Assembly (NCBI GenBank): GCA_949292385.1
Contig: CASEZC010000016.1
Location: 1 to 58,058, forward strand
Source of the DNA: an uncultured Pseudomonadota bacterium
Lineage (GTDB): Bacteria > Pseudomonadota > Alphaproteobacteria > Rs-D84
Length of the DNA: 58,058 bases
Reading direction: 5' to 3'
Below the pieces are notes generated by a model. It saw nothing but the letters and a program-made list of their open reading frames with translations. It had not been told where the DNA came from and did no database searches. The position numbers were made by a program, and so were the translations under genes. This document shows positions 38,820 through 47,488 of the stretch, in pieces. Each line of letters begins with the position of its first letter. The first letter of the stretch is position 1.

Positions 38820-41270
38820 ATGAAAAACGAATTAAAAATATCTATTTTAACTATTGCGTGTGTGCTGTTTTGTGCGGCTGCAACTGATGCGTATTCTGCT
38901 TCGTCTGTTCGTTCTCTTGGAGGAACGGGAACTTATACAAGTGCGTCAAGTGCAGCCAATTCTGGTGCTTCGACGGCATCTTTGCGTGGTGGGTCAGTTC
39001 GTGTTGGTACAACAAGTAGTAGTTCTGGCAGTGTTGCAAAACCTGTTGGAACAACTTCTACTGGTAGTGTTGTTACTACGCCACGTTTATCTATAGGTCA
39101 ATATCTTGGTGGTGGAACGTCTATTAGTGGTGGCAGTTCTCTTAGGCCACAGACTCCTGGTTCTGGTTCTTCTTCTGGTGGTGGTGCGATTGCCCCGGGT
39201 GTTACAGAGGGGTTACAGCGTGATGTTGATCAGTTAAAACGTGATGTTGAAGGGTTGAATAGTAGGGCAGATTCATTAGAAGATAGTTTGGATAATAAAC
39301 AGGAAACTTTATTACCTACGCCAGATGGTTATATTGTTATAGATGAAAGAACTAATGAAATTTTTGTCGATGTTGAAAATTTAAAAGACGCTATAGGTAT
39401 TGTAGCTGGTCAGGATGGTAGAGAAGTTGAGATTGGTTCTAATTCTACTCATTTGTTATGGCGTTATGTAGGCGAACCTACGTGGAATGAATTGATTTCT
39501 TTGGAAGAAATTCGTGGTCCGCAGGGTGAACAGGGACCTCAGGGTGAGCCTGGAACGCCTGCGGATATGTCTGCATATTCTACGACCGTTGAAATGAATG
39601 CGGCTATACAAGATGCGATTGATTTGGCTTCTGCAAATTATGCGACAAAAGCTGATTTGGACAGCAAGGTTAATGTTGGTGATGTTTATACGAAGTCAGA
39701 AACTTACACGAAAAGTGAAGTCGAACAGAAAATTGCTGATGCTGCGCTTGATGGCGAAGTTGATTTAAGTTCTTATGCGACAAAGGATGAATTGAATTTA
39801 AAAGCTGATAAAACGGAGTTAGCAAATTATGCAACTACGGATTCTGTTAATACGGCATTAGGGGATAAAGCTGATAAAACAACTGTTGAAGCATTGTCTG
39901 GTCGTGTTGATGGTATTGCTGATGATGCTGCAGCGGCTGGCGTATTGGCTGGACAAGCAAATGTTGCTGCAGAGGCTGCAAAGTCAGAAGCTGACAAAGC
40001 TAATCAGGCATTGGCTGGAAAAGCTGATAAGTCTGAGTTGGCTGGATATGCGACGACGGAAGCTTTAGAGGCTAAGGCGGATAAATCTGAATTGATAAAT
40101 CTTGCGACAAAAGATGAGCTTGCCACAAAAGCAAATGCAGGAGATGTTTATAAAAAATCAGAAACTTATAGTGCTGCTACGATTGATGAAAAAATAGCCG
40201 AGGCAGCAACTGGCGGCGAAGTTGATTTGTCCGGATATGCACAAAAAATTTATGTTGATGAACAGTTGGCAACAAAAGCTGATAAGGTATCATTGGATTC
40301 AAAAGCTGACAAATCAGAATTAACAAATCTTGCGACTAAGGAAGAATTGGCGGATAAGGCAGATGTGTCTGCTTTGGGGGCTTATGCTACAACGGAATCT
40401 ATGAACGAGGCTTTGGCGAATAAGGCTGATGTTTCGGCGTTGAATGCAAAAGCTGATAAATCGGAATTGACGAATCTTGCAACCAAGGATGAGCTGGGGC
40501 AAAAGGCAGATGCTTCTGCTTTGGTTGGAAAGGAAGATACTTCTAATAAGGTTGTATCTGCAGAGTTTGATGGTGCTGTTGCTGATGATTCTAAGTATCC
40601 TACTGTTAAAGCTGTTGCCGATCAGTTGGCAAAGAAGCAGGAAGCAGGTGATTATGCATTGAAGTCTGATTTGGACAATGTTGTTACGGAAGAAGATTTA
40701 GGGAATTATGCGACGAAAGACGAGTTGTCTGGGTATGCTTCTAAGTCTGAATTGGAAGGTAAGGCTGATGCTGAAACAGTTACAACGCTGGAATCTCGTG
40801 TTAGCGCGAATGAAGCTGGCATAAGTGGTTTGAATACAAAAGTTGGTTCAGGAGAGTTAACTACGACTTCAAAAGAAGTTATTGGTGCTATTAATGAATT
40901 GAAAACAAAAACTGATGGTATGGCAACTGACGGTAATTTTGAAGAAATGAATCAAAAAATTACTCAGATGGAACAGAAAGTTGATGGTGCTGTTTCAAGT
41001 ATAGAAGGTAAGGCAGAAAAGACTTATGTTGACGAGCAGTTGGCAACCAAGGCAAACGAAGCCGAATTGGGTGCATTGGCTAAGAAGGAACAAGTAAAAG
41101 ATGCTGATGTTGCTGCTGATGCTGCAATATCTCGTACAAAGTTAGCTGCAGATGTTCAAGAATCATTACAAAAAGCGGATTCTGCAATAAGTATAGAGGG
41201 TGCAGGTTCTAATAAAATTCTTGGAACTGATGAAAATGGTGATGAAGTTTGGTATTCAATAGCGTTTTAA
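38820..41270 (+). CDS. Exported fibre-like repeat protein 1 (Ser/Gly-rich linker, tail-fibre-like module, short collagen tract, long YATK/KADK repeat shaft)
   Basis: 816 aa from the ATG at 38820 (the ORF-track start at 38805 is possible). Signal peptide ILTIACVLFCAAATDAYSA. Contains GPQGEQGPQGEPGTP and more than 15 copies of the motif [SE]L.[NG][YL]ATK.EL..KADK. One D-D-S-K-Y-P-T-V-K-A-V motif. C-terminus KILGTDENGDEVWYSIAF. Confidence 0.8.
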   Translation: MKNELKISILTIACVLFCAAATDAYSASSVRSLGGTGTYTSASSAANSGASTASLRGGSVRVGTTSSSSGSVAKPVGTTSTGSVVTTPRLSIGQYLGGGTSISGGSSLRPQTPGSGSSSGGGAIAPGVTEGLQRDVDQLKRDVEGLNSRADSLEDSLDNKQETLLPTPDGYIVIDERTNEIFVDVENLKDAIGIVAGQDGREVEIGSNSTHLLWRYVGEPTWNELISLEEIRGPQGEQGPQGEPGTPADMSAYSTTVEMNAAIQDAIDLASANYATKADLDSKVNVGDVYTKSETYTKSEVEQKIADAALDGEVDLSSYATKDELNLKADKTELANYATTDSVNTALGDKADKTTVEALSGRVDGIADDAAAAGVLAGQANVAAEAAKSEADKANQALAGKADKSELAGYATTEALEAKADKSELINLATKDELATKANAGDVYKKSETYSAATIDEKIAEAATGGEVDLSGYAQKIYVDEQLATKADKVSLDSKADKSELTNLATKEELADKADVSALGAYATTESMNEALANKADVSALNAKADKSELTNLATKDELGQKADASALVGKEDTSNKVVSAEFDGAVADDSKYPTVKAVADQLAKKQEAGDYALKSDLDNVVTEEDLGNYATKDELSGYASKSELEGKADAETVTTLESRVSANEAGISGLNTKVGSGELTTTSKEVIGAINELKTKTDGMATDGNFEEMNQKITQMEQKVDGAVSSIEGKAEKTYVDEQLATKANEAELGALAKKEQVKDADVAADAAISRTKLAADVQESLQKADSAISIEGAGSNKILGTDENGDEVWYSIAF
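39516..39560 (+). repeat. Collagen-like Gly-X-Y tract (5 triplets) inside fibre protein 1
   Basis: Translates to GPQ GEQ GPQ GEP GTP. Immediately preceded by DGREVEIGSNSTHLLWRYVGEPTWNELISLEEIR. Confidence 0.85.
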
Positions 41271-41283
41271 AAGGGAAAAATAA

Positions 41284-43230
41284 ATGAGAAAAGGAAGTGT
41301 GATTTTTTCTGGTTTTATGGGAGCTCTGTTATTGAGTTATGGCGCCCGCGCTGCAGATGCACAGATTGCCAGCAAGCAATATGTTGATAACAAAGAAACC
41401 GCTATATTGGAAACGGTAAGCAGCACGTATGAAACAAAAGAAAATGTTACAAATTTAACGGAACAAGTAACACAGTTGGGTGATACTATTAATAATCCAG
41501 AGTCTGGTTTGTCTTCTAAGTTAGATAAGGCTGCTCAGGATGCATCTGATGCAAAGGGTGCCGTTGATGCTTTAACAGTTACTGTTGAGGGTAAGGAAGA
41601 TAAATCTAATAAAGCCGCTTCTATTTCTGTAAAAAATCAATCTTCACCAGATCAGTATCCTTCTGTTGGTGCTATCGTTCAGTGGACTAATGATAAGATT
41701 AATAAGTTGTCAGAAACTGGGTTGCCAGTTAGTCCAGATAACATCGGTGAAGGCGCGATAACAACAGAAAAAATTGCAAATGATGCAGTTACAGAAGATA
41801 AATTAAGTAATGATGTTGTTAGCAAAATTGATGGTAAAGAAGATAAAACAAACAAGATACAAAGCATAACGCCTGAATCTACTGCTGATCAGTATCCATC
41901 TGCAGTTGCTGTACGTGACGCGTTGGCCAATAAGGTAGATTCTTCTGCGCTTTCAGAATATGCAACGACAGAAGCGATGAACTCTGCACTCGAGGGTAAA
42001 GTTGATGATGCAGAAATTTCCGATATGTTGACCAAGACAGTTGCTTCTTCAACATATGAAACCAAGACTAATGCTTCATCTAAATATGCAACAAAGACAG
42101 AATTGTCTGGCTATGCGACTACTGCACAATTAGGACAAAAAGTTGAAGCTAACGTTGCAATAGAACCAGGTACCGGCACAAAGGTTACTTATGACGCGAA
42201 GGGGTTGGTAACGGGCAGTGAAAGTTTGTCTGTATCTGATTTGCCGGATAGCATACCGACTTCGAAGATAGACGGCTTGGCGACCGTTGCTACTACGGGA
42301 TCTTATAACGATTTGTCTGATAAACCTGTTATTCCAGAAGGTGCAGTTATTGATGCAGAATTGACACCAGAAGGAACTAATGCTGTTCAGGGTAAGGTTA
42401 TTTATGAGGCTTTGCAGGGCAAGCAGGATAAAGGTGATTACGCAACAAAAACTGAATTAACAGATGGTTTAGCTGAAAAGGCCGACAAAACAGCTTTGGA
42501 CAATTATGCAACAACTGAAACAGTTAATTTAAAAGAAGATAAATCAAATATTGTTCAGACTGTTCGTTCTTCGGCGGAAGCGGAAAAAACGAAGTATACA
42601 TCTGAAAAAGCTGTTGCAACGGCATTGGAAGGTAAGGCAGATACGAGTGCTTTAGATGCGTTGGCAACAAAAGAAGAGCTTGAACAAAAGGCTGATGCGT
42701 CTGCTTTGTCTGCGTATGCAACAACAGAGGCGATGAACAGTGCGTTGGCTAATAAAGCTGATTCTTCTGCTTTGACTGAAGGTCTGGCTAAAAAAGAAGA
42801 TTCTGCAAATAAAAGAATAGTTGTTCGTGATTCTGAAACAGCAACAGATACAGACTATCCATCTGAAAAAGCTGTCAGAACAGAGTTGGATAAGAAAGCA
42901 AACAAAGGTACTACACTTGCAGAATATGGCATTACTGATGCTTACACCAAAGGTGAAACTGATTCTGCAATTACAAGTGCTGTGGAAGGTGTTGTTGCCG
43001 GAGATTTTTCTGATGCAATGAAAGGAAAAGAAGACACATCAAATAAAACTACAGTGATAGATTCTTCTAATAAAACATCTACAGATAAATATACTAGTGT
43101 AAAAGCAGTAGTAGATTACGTAATCCCGAAACCTGATGTTTCTTGTCAGGCAGAATCAAACTTGTGTGTATTATCGGTCGACAGGGATGGTAATATAAAG
43201 TGGGTAAACGTAACAGAACCTGCACAATAA
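41284..43230 (+). CDS. Exported fibre-like repeat protein 2
   Basis: 648 aa. Signal peptide ...LSYGARA-ADAQIASKQYVD. Five copies of a [DK]-Y-[PT]-S-x-x-A-[VI] motif and YATT/YATK repeats. C-terminal Cys pair SCQAESNLCVLSVDRDGNIKWV. Confidence 0.8.
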   Translation: MRKGSVIFSGFMGALLLSYGARAADAQIASKQYVDNKETAILETVSSTYETKENVTNLTEQVTQLGDTINNPESGLSSKLDKAAQDASDAKGAVDALTVTVEGKEDKSNKAASISVKNQSSPDQYPSVGAIVQWTNDKINKLSETGLPVSPDNIGEGAITTEKIANDAVTEDKLSNDVVSKIDGKEDKTNKIQSITPESTADQYPSAVAVRDALANKVDSSALSEYATTEAMNSALEGKVDDAEISDMLTKTVASSTYETKTNASSKYATKTELSGYATTAQLGQKVEANVAIEPGTGTKVTYDAKGLVTGSESLSVSDLPDSIPTSKIDGLATVATTGSYNDLSDKPVIPEGAVIDAELTPEGTNAVQGKVIYEALQGKQDKGDYATKTELTDGLAEKADKTALDNYATTETVNLKEDKSNIVQTVRSSAEAEKTKYTSEKAVATALEGKADTSALDALATKEELEQKADASALSAYATTEAMNSALANKADSSALTEGLAKKEDSANKRIVVRDSETATDTDYPSEKAVRTELDKKANKGTTLAEYGITDAYTKGETDSAITSAVEGVVAGDFSDAMKGKEDTSNKTTVIDSSNKTSTDKYTSVKAVVDYVIPKPDVSCQAESNLCVLSVDRDGNIKWVNVTEPAQ

Positions 43231-43312
43231 ATAACAAAAAACGAAAAAAAGTTATTACATTAAAATTAAAAAAAAGATAAAATAAAAATAAATTAAGGAA
43301 AGGAAAGAGAAA

Positions 43313-44719
43313 ATGAAAAAACTAACATCCACTATTTTTGCGACTTTATTAACCGTAGTATCTGTTAATGCAGCAAACGCAGAAATCGCTTCAAAAGGCT
43401 ATGTCGACGAGGAAGTTGGCAAAGTTAATACTGCATTAGAAGGTAAAGTTGATGATGCAGAAATTTCTGATATGTTGACCAAGACAGAAGCAACATCAAC
43501 TTATGAAACAAAATCTCATGCTACTGCAACTTATGCAACAAAGACGGAATTAGCTGGTAAAGCAGATACAACAGCATTAACAGCAAAACAAGATGTAGCT
43601 AATTTGGTTAATTCGGCAGGATTTGAAGGAGCAAAAACAGATGATGCGAAATACCCATCTGTAAAAGCTGTTGCGGATGCAATCACAAAAGCTACAGAAG
43701 GTATCGCATCTGATGAAGTTGTTAGTGCGTTGGGTGAACGTGTAACAACGGCAGAAGGTGAAATTGATGCTTTGCAAACAGGTAAAGCCGATAAAGCAAC
43801 TTCTTTGGCAGGCTATGGCATAACAGATGCTTATACAAAAGGTGAATCTGATGGAAGATATGCAACAGCTGCACAAGGTGCTTTGGCAGATAGTGCTTTG
43901 CAGAAACAGGGCGTATTAACACAAGGAAACTTGTTAACGACAGATGCAACCGGAAAAATTATAGACGCTGGTAAGAAGGGCGCTTTGGCTGCAAAAGACA
44001 CTGTCGCTGCAGACGATATCGCAGCAAATGCTGTAACAACTGCAAAAATTTTAGATGGAAATGTAACAAAAGCAAAATTAGCTACAGAAGTTCAGGCTTC
44101 CTTGGGTAAAGCAGATACTGCACTTCAAGCGGATGCGATTGCAGATATGTTGACCAAGACAGAAGCAACATCAACTTATGCAACAAAGACGCAATTAGCT
44201 GGTAAAGCAGATACAACTGCATTGACCGCAAAAGAAGATGTTGGGAATAAAGTTAATGCTGCAAACTATGAAGCCAATAAAACAAATGATACAAAATATC
44301 CAACTGTAAAGGCTGTTGCAGACGCAATCACAAAAGCTACAGAAGGTATCGCATCTGATGAAGTTGTTAGTGCGTTGGGTGAACGTGTAACAACGGCAGA
44401 AGGTGAAATCGATACTTTGCAGTCAGATGTTTCTGCTAATAAAACTGCAATTGGTACAGTTGGCAGCTTAACTACAGAAGAAAAAACTAATTTGGTTGGT
44501 GCAATTAATGAAGTAGATGCAAATGCAAATGCAGCTAAAACTGCAGCAGATGCTGCACAAAGCACGGCTGATCAAGCAAAAGCAACAGCTGATAAGGCGA
44601 TACCGGCTCCAACACCAGAATGTACAAATTTGGGTGCGAAATGTGTATTAGTTGTTGGTAATGATGGATATGCATGGGAAGTTATTCAAAGAGGAACTTC
44701 TGAAGGTGGTCAACCATAA
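43313..44719 (+). CDS. Exported fibre-like repeat protein 3
   Basis: 468 aa. Signal peptide ...VSVNA-ANAEIASKGYVD. An internal ~100-aa module is present twice. C-terminal Cys pair ECTNLGAKCVLVVGNDGYAWEV. Confidence 0.8.
   Translation: MKKLTSTIFATLLTVVSVNAANAEIASKGYVDEEVGKVNTALEGKVDDAEISDMLTKTEATSTYETKSHATATYATKTELAGKADTTALTAKQDVANLVNSAGFEGAKTDDAKYPSVKAVADAITKATEGIASDEVVSALGERVTTAEGEIDALQTGKADKATSLAGYGITDAYTKGESDGRYATAAQGALADSALQKQGVLTQGNLLTTDATGKIIDAGKKGALAAKDTVAADDIAANAVTTAKILDGNVTKAKLATEVQASLGKADTALQADAIADMLTKTEATSTYATKTQLAGKADTTALTAKEDVGNKVNAANYEANKTNDTKYPTVKAVADAITKATEGIASDEVVSALGERVTTAEGEIDTLQSDVSANKTAIGTVGSLTTEEKTNLVGAINEVDANANAAKTAADAAQSTADQAKATADKAIPAPTPECTNLGAKCVLVVGNDGYAWEVIQRGTSEGGQP
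43469..43764 (+). repeat. Intragenic direct repeat, copy 1 (fibre gene 3)
   Basis: Matches 44144-44409. 84 nt are identical (43681-43764 = 44326-44409). Copy 1 carries a 30-nt insertion encoding ETKSHATATY. Confidence 0.9.
44144..44409 (+). repeat. Intragenic direct repeat, copy 2 (fibre gene 3)
   Basis: See copy 1. Both encode ...DMLTKTEATSTY..ATKT.LAGKADTTALTAK.DV....KYP.VKAVADAITKATEGIASDEVVSALGERVTTAEGEID. Confidence 0.9.
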
Positions 44720-44832
44720 TACGATAAAATAAGAAAAATCTGACTTAAAAGTCTTTCATGATTTTTAAGTCAGAAAAATAAATTCTAAAATTGCAGTTAG
44801 TTGGTATTATTTTGTAATAGAATAGATTTGAT

Positions 44833-46359
44833 ATGATAAAAACAAAATTTGTTTTTGCGGTTTCATTTTTAGCACTGTTTGTTGCAACTGATTATGCGTT
44901 TGGTGCAATCGCGTCCAGTGGATATGTTGATCAACAGGTGGATACTCGTTTGTCAAGTATAACGGGTTCAACGACCGGTGAAGGTAACGTTGTTACAGAA
45001 GTTACTGCTAGTGGTGGTGCGATAACTGCAACCAAAGGTATAAATGCCGAGGTTACATCAAATAAAGCAACTGCAGAGAGCGTTGTTGCTGATGATAAAG
45101 GTAGTACGGAAAAGTATCCGTCTGTTGCAGCCGCAGAAAAAATTGCCGAGGTTGCAGCGCAGACAGCATCAGAAAATTCATTACAAAAAGATGGTGCTTT
45201 AACAGAGGGCAATTTATTAAAATCTGACGCCAGTGGTAAAGCGGTAGATTCTGGTGTTGCCAGTGATAAGGTTTTAACCAATACTGCAACAGGTGCAGGG
45301 GCTTTGGGGGTAAATGCAGATTCTTCAGGTAATAATTCAATAGCAATTGCGGGAAGCCGTTCTTCTGGTACTTTTGCTTCAGGAACTAATAGTATAGCGA
45401 TTGGTAATAGTTTTGGATATGGAGGAAATGTCGTAGCAGAAGGGAGTAATTCTATTGCGCTTGGAACTAACTCTTATTCGGGTGCTGATTATGCCATACA
45501 GCTAGGTAGAGGCTCAAACAGCGAGGCAAATACATTTAGTGTGGGGTTGTCGGATTCTAATAACTATAAACTGCTTGGTTCGGATGGTAAGATACCTGCA
45601 GAAAGATTACCTTTTGAAGGTGATGTTTTAACTAACACCGCAACTGGCAGTGATTCTTTCAGTACTGGTGGCGCAATACCTGTTACTTCTGAAGGGGCGG
45701 TTGTTTTGGGGGCTTCGTCTTCAACTTCTGGTAATGCATCGGTGGTTGTTGGTAGTTCTTCATCTGCTACAAATGATTTTTCTACAGCTTTGGGGCCTAA
45801 TACAAATGTTACAGCTACAGGAGGTACTGCTGTTGGTAACGCCGCAAAAGTGGCTGCAGAAAGTGCTATACAATTAGGATATGGAACTAATAATGAAGCT
45901 AATACGCTTAGTGTAGGTTTGTCTGTTGATAATAACTATAAACTGCTTGGTTCGGATGGTAAGATACCGGTGGAACGCATGCCGTTTGAAGGTACTGTTG
46001 TAACTAATACTAATCCTTCTGGATTTGCTATAGGCGGTGCCGATGGAGGTTATAATGGATTTGCTATAGGTGTTGCTGCAAATGGTGGCGGATACGGTGT
46101 TGCTGTTGGACCTGGTAGTTCTGCTGATAATTACTCTGTATCTGTCGGACGTAATGCGAAATCTTCAAATGGTGGCATACAAATAGGTACTGGTACAAAT
46201 AGTGAGGATAATACTCTTAGTATAGGTTTGTCTAGCTCTAATAACTATAAACTGCTTGGGTCGGATGGGAAGATTCCATCGGAAAGATTGCCGGCGGCTA
46301 TGATTCCAGTTGGCAGTTCTACTTCACCAACCAGTTATGCGACGTTCTGGATTGAATAA
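44833..46359 (+). CDS. Exported fibre-like repeat protein 4 (three tandem Gly/Ser/Asn-rich head-like modules)
   Basis: 508 aa. Signal peptide ...VATDYAFG-AIASSGYVD. One EKYPSVAAA motif. Three modules each end in NT[FL]S[VI]GLS..NNYKLLGSDGKIP.ER[LM]P. GSNSIALG / TNSIAIG repeats resemble YadA-type head repeats. Confidence 0.8.
   Translation: MIKTKFVFAVSFLALFVATDYAFGAIASSGYVDQQVDTRLSSITGSTTGEGNVVTEVTASGGAITATKGINAEVTSNKATAESVVADDKGSTEKYPSVAAAEKIAEVAAQTASENSLQKDGALTEGNLLKSDASGKAVDSGVASDKVLTNTATGAGALGVNADSSGNNSIAIAGSRSSGTFASGTNSIAIGNSFGYGGNVVAEGSNSIALGTNSYSGADYAIQLGRGSNSEANTFSVGLSDSNNYKLLGSDGKIPAERLPFEGDVLTNTATGSDSFSTGGAIPVTSEGAVVLGASSSTSGNASVVVGSSSSATNDFSTALGPNTNVTATGGTAVGNAAKVAAESAIQLGYGTNNEANTLSVGLSVDNNYKLLGSDGKIPVERMPFEGTVVTNTNPSGFAIGGADGGYNGFAIGVAANGGGYGVAVGPGSSADNYSVSVGRNAKSSNGGIQIGTGTNSEDNTLSIGLSSSNNYKLLGSDGKIPSERLPAAMIPVGSSTSPTSYATFWIE
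45271..46296 (+). repeat. Three tandem in-frame coding modules in fibre gene 4
   Basis: Modules start near 45271, 45625 and 45997. The 39-nt tract TAATAACTATAAACTGCTTGGTTCGGATGGTAAGATACC is identical at 45558-45596 and 45930-45968. A slightly diverged third copy lies at about 46240-46278. Spacing is 372 nt, then 309 nt. Confidence 0.9.
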
Positions 46360-46364
46360 TAAAT

Positions 46365-46391
46365 AACCGCCATTATGGCGGTTGTTTTTTT
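46365..46391 (+). terminator. Rho-independent terminator after fibre gene 4
   Basis: AACCGCCA-tta-TGGCGGTT followed by GTTTTTTT. Confidence 0.8.
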
Positions 46392-46467
46392 GTATATCTT
46401 TTTATGCTTTCAAATTTTTTCTATTTTTTATATCTTCCGTTTCTTCTTTACTTAATTTTATTTATCT

Positions 46468-47046
46468 TTAAAACATTGATATCATAAATACGCCAAGTCC
46501 TGCCGCAATTATTGCACCAATCGTTAATGGCCAAAAGTATTTTTTTACTATCGCATTTGCGCGTTCTTGAAAGAAATACAGCAATGCGGCAATTATCGCA
46601 AATCTGCCGGTACGGAATATTGCGGATACCGCCAAAAATATCCAAATTGGATAGCCTATAAATCCAAGCCATATCGCAAGCAATTTATATGGAATTGGTG
46701 TTACCGCTGTTAATACGATTATTAATATCCCATATTTACTGAACATTGGTTTTATTGCGGTTTCTATCAGTTCTGGATTTGAAAATGTGTTTATTAACCA
46801 TATTCCTACAGAGTCCCATAACCATGCGCCTATCATATACGCAATTGCACCACCTACAATTGAACCAAGTGATGTGGCAAGGGCAATTGGTACAGCGCGC
46901 TTTTTGTTCGCAATTATTGCTGGTGTCATAAATACTTCTGGTGGAATAAACAGAAATATAGACTCGCAAATAGTCAAGATAAATACTATCCACGAGTAAG
47001 CACGACTTTCTGATTTGTTTAATATATATTCTGCAAATTTCATCAT
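46468..47046 (-). CDS. YqaA/DedA-superfamily membrane protein
   Basis: About 192 aa from the ATG at 47046/47043 (the ORF-track start at 47064 is a TTG). The ICESIFLFIPPEVFM segment and 4-5 TM helices are typical of the YqaA family. Confidence 0.65.
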   Translation of the reverse strand: MMKFAEYILNKSESRAYSWIVFILTICESIFLFIPPEVFMTPAIIANKKRAVPIALATSLGSIVGGAIAYMIGAWLWDSVGIWLINTFSNPELIETAIKPMFSKYGILIIVLTAVTPIPYKLLAIWLGFIGYPIWIFLAVSAIFRTGRFAIIAALLYFFQERANAIVKKYFWPLTIGAIIAAGLGVFMISMF

Positions 47047-47131
47047 TTTTCCTTTCTTTGCCAAAAAATTTACTTGATTGTAAATTAATATTTACTAATT
47101 TACAATTAGTTAATAACTTGCAGGTATTAAA

Positions 47132-47488
47132 ATGATGAAAAAAAGAACAGATTCTAATCGTGGTGCGCGTATCGCCAGTAAAGTTCAGACTTTGGTCGCA
47201 GAAATTTTGCGCGGCGATTTTAGTGATGATGATTTGTTGGCTGGAATTTCTTTGGTCGGGGCTGTTGCGCATGGCGGATTACAATTTGTTAGGTTGTTTT
47301 ATTATTCAAGAAATGAAAATATAAATGCTGTTCAGAAGCGTTTGGACGAGGTTACTAAGACTATTCGATTCGAATTGGCGGCGCGCATGAATCAGAAATA
47401 TGTTCCTGATATTAGATTTGAATATGACAATACTTTAGAAACTGCAGAACGTATTGATAAATTATTGGATAATTTGGAAGTTGAATAA
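47132..47488 (+). CDS. rbfA: Ribosome-binding factor A
   Basis: 118 aa. R-I-A-S-K-V-Q-T-L-V-A-E-I-L pattern, later LRFELAARMNQKYVPDIRFEYD, typical RbfA layout. Confidence 0.75.
   Translation: MMKKRTDSNRGARIASKVQTLVAEILRGDFSDDDLLAGISLVGAVAHGGLQFVRLFYYSRNENINAVQKRLDEVTKTIRFELAARMNQKYVPDIRFEYDNTLETAERIDKLLDNLEVE

Noticed and set aside
39600-44600. Highly periodic short repeats, considered as a possible CRISPR array or non-coding tandem repeat.
   Set aside because: The repeats are degenerate and in frame, and they sit inside long ORFs with signal peptides. There are no conserved direct repeats with unique spacers and no cas genes.
44739-44774. Long AT-rich hairpin (CTGACTTAAAA...TTTTAAGTCAG) between fibre genes 3 and 4, considered as a terminator.
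   Set aside because: It is not followed by a T run on the coding strand, so it may only attenuate or stabilise the transcript. It is not reported as a terminator.
38820-46359. Fibre-gene cluster considered as a prophage tail-fibre module, a diversity-generating retroelement target, or a shufflon.
   Set aside because: No capsid, tail, terminase or lysis genes are present on either side within this window. There is no reverse transcriptase or template repeat. No Rci-type recombinase or inverted sfx-like repeats were seen. All four proteins carry Sec signal peptides, which phage fibres lack.
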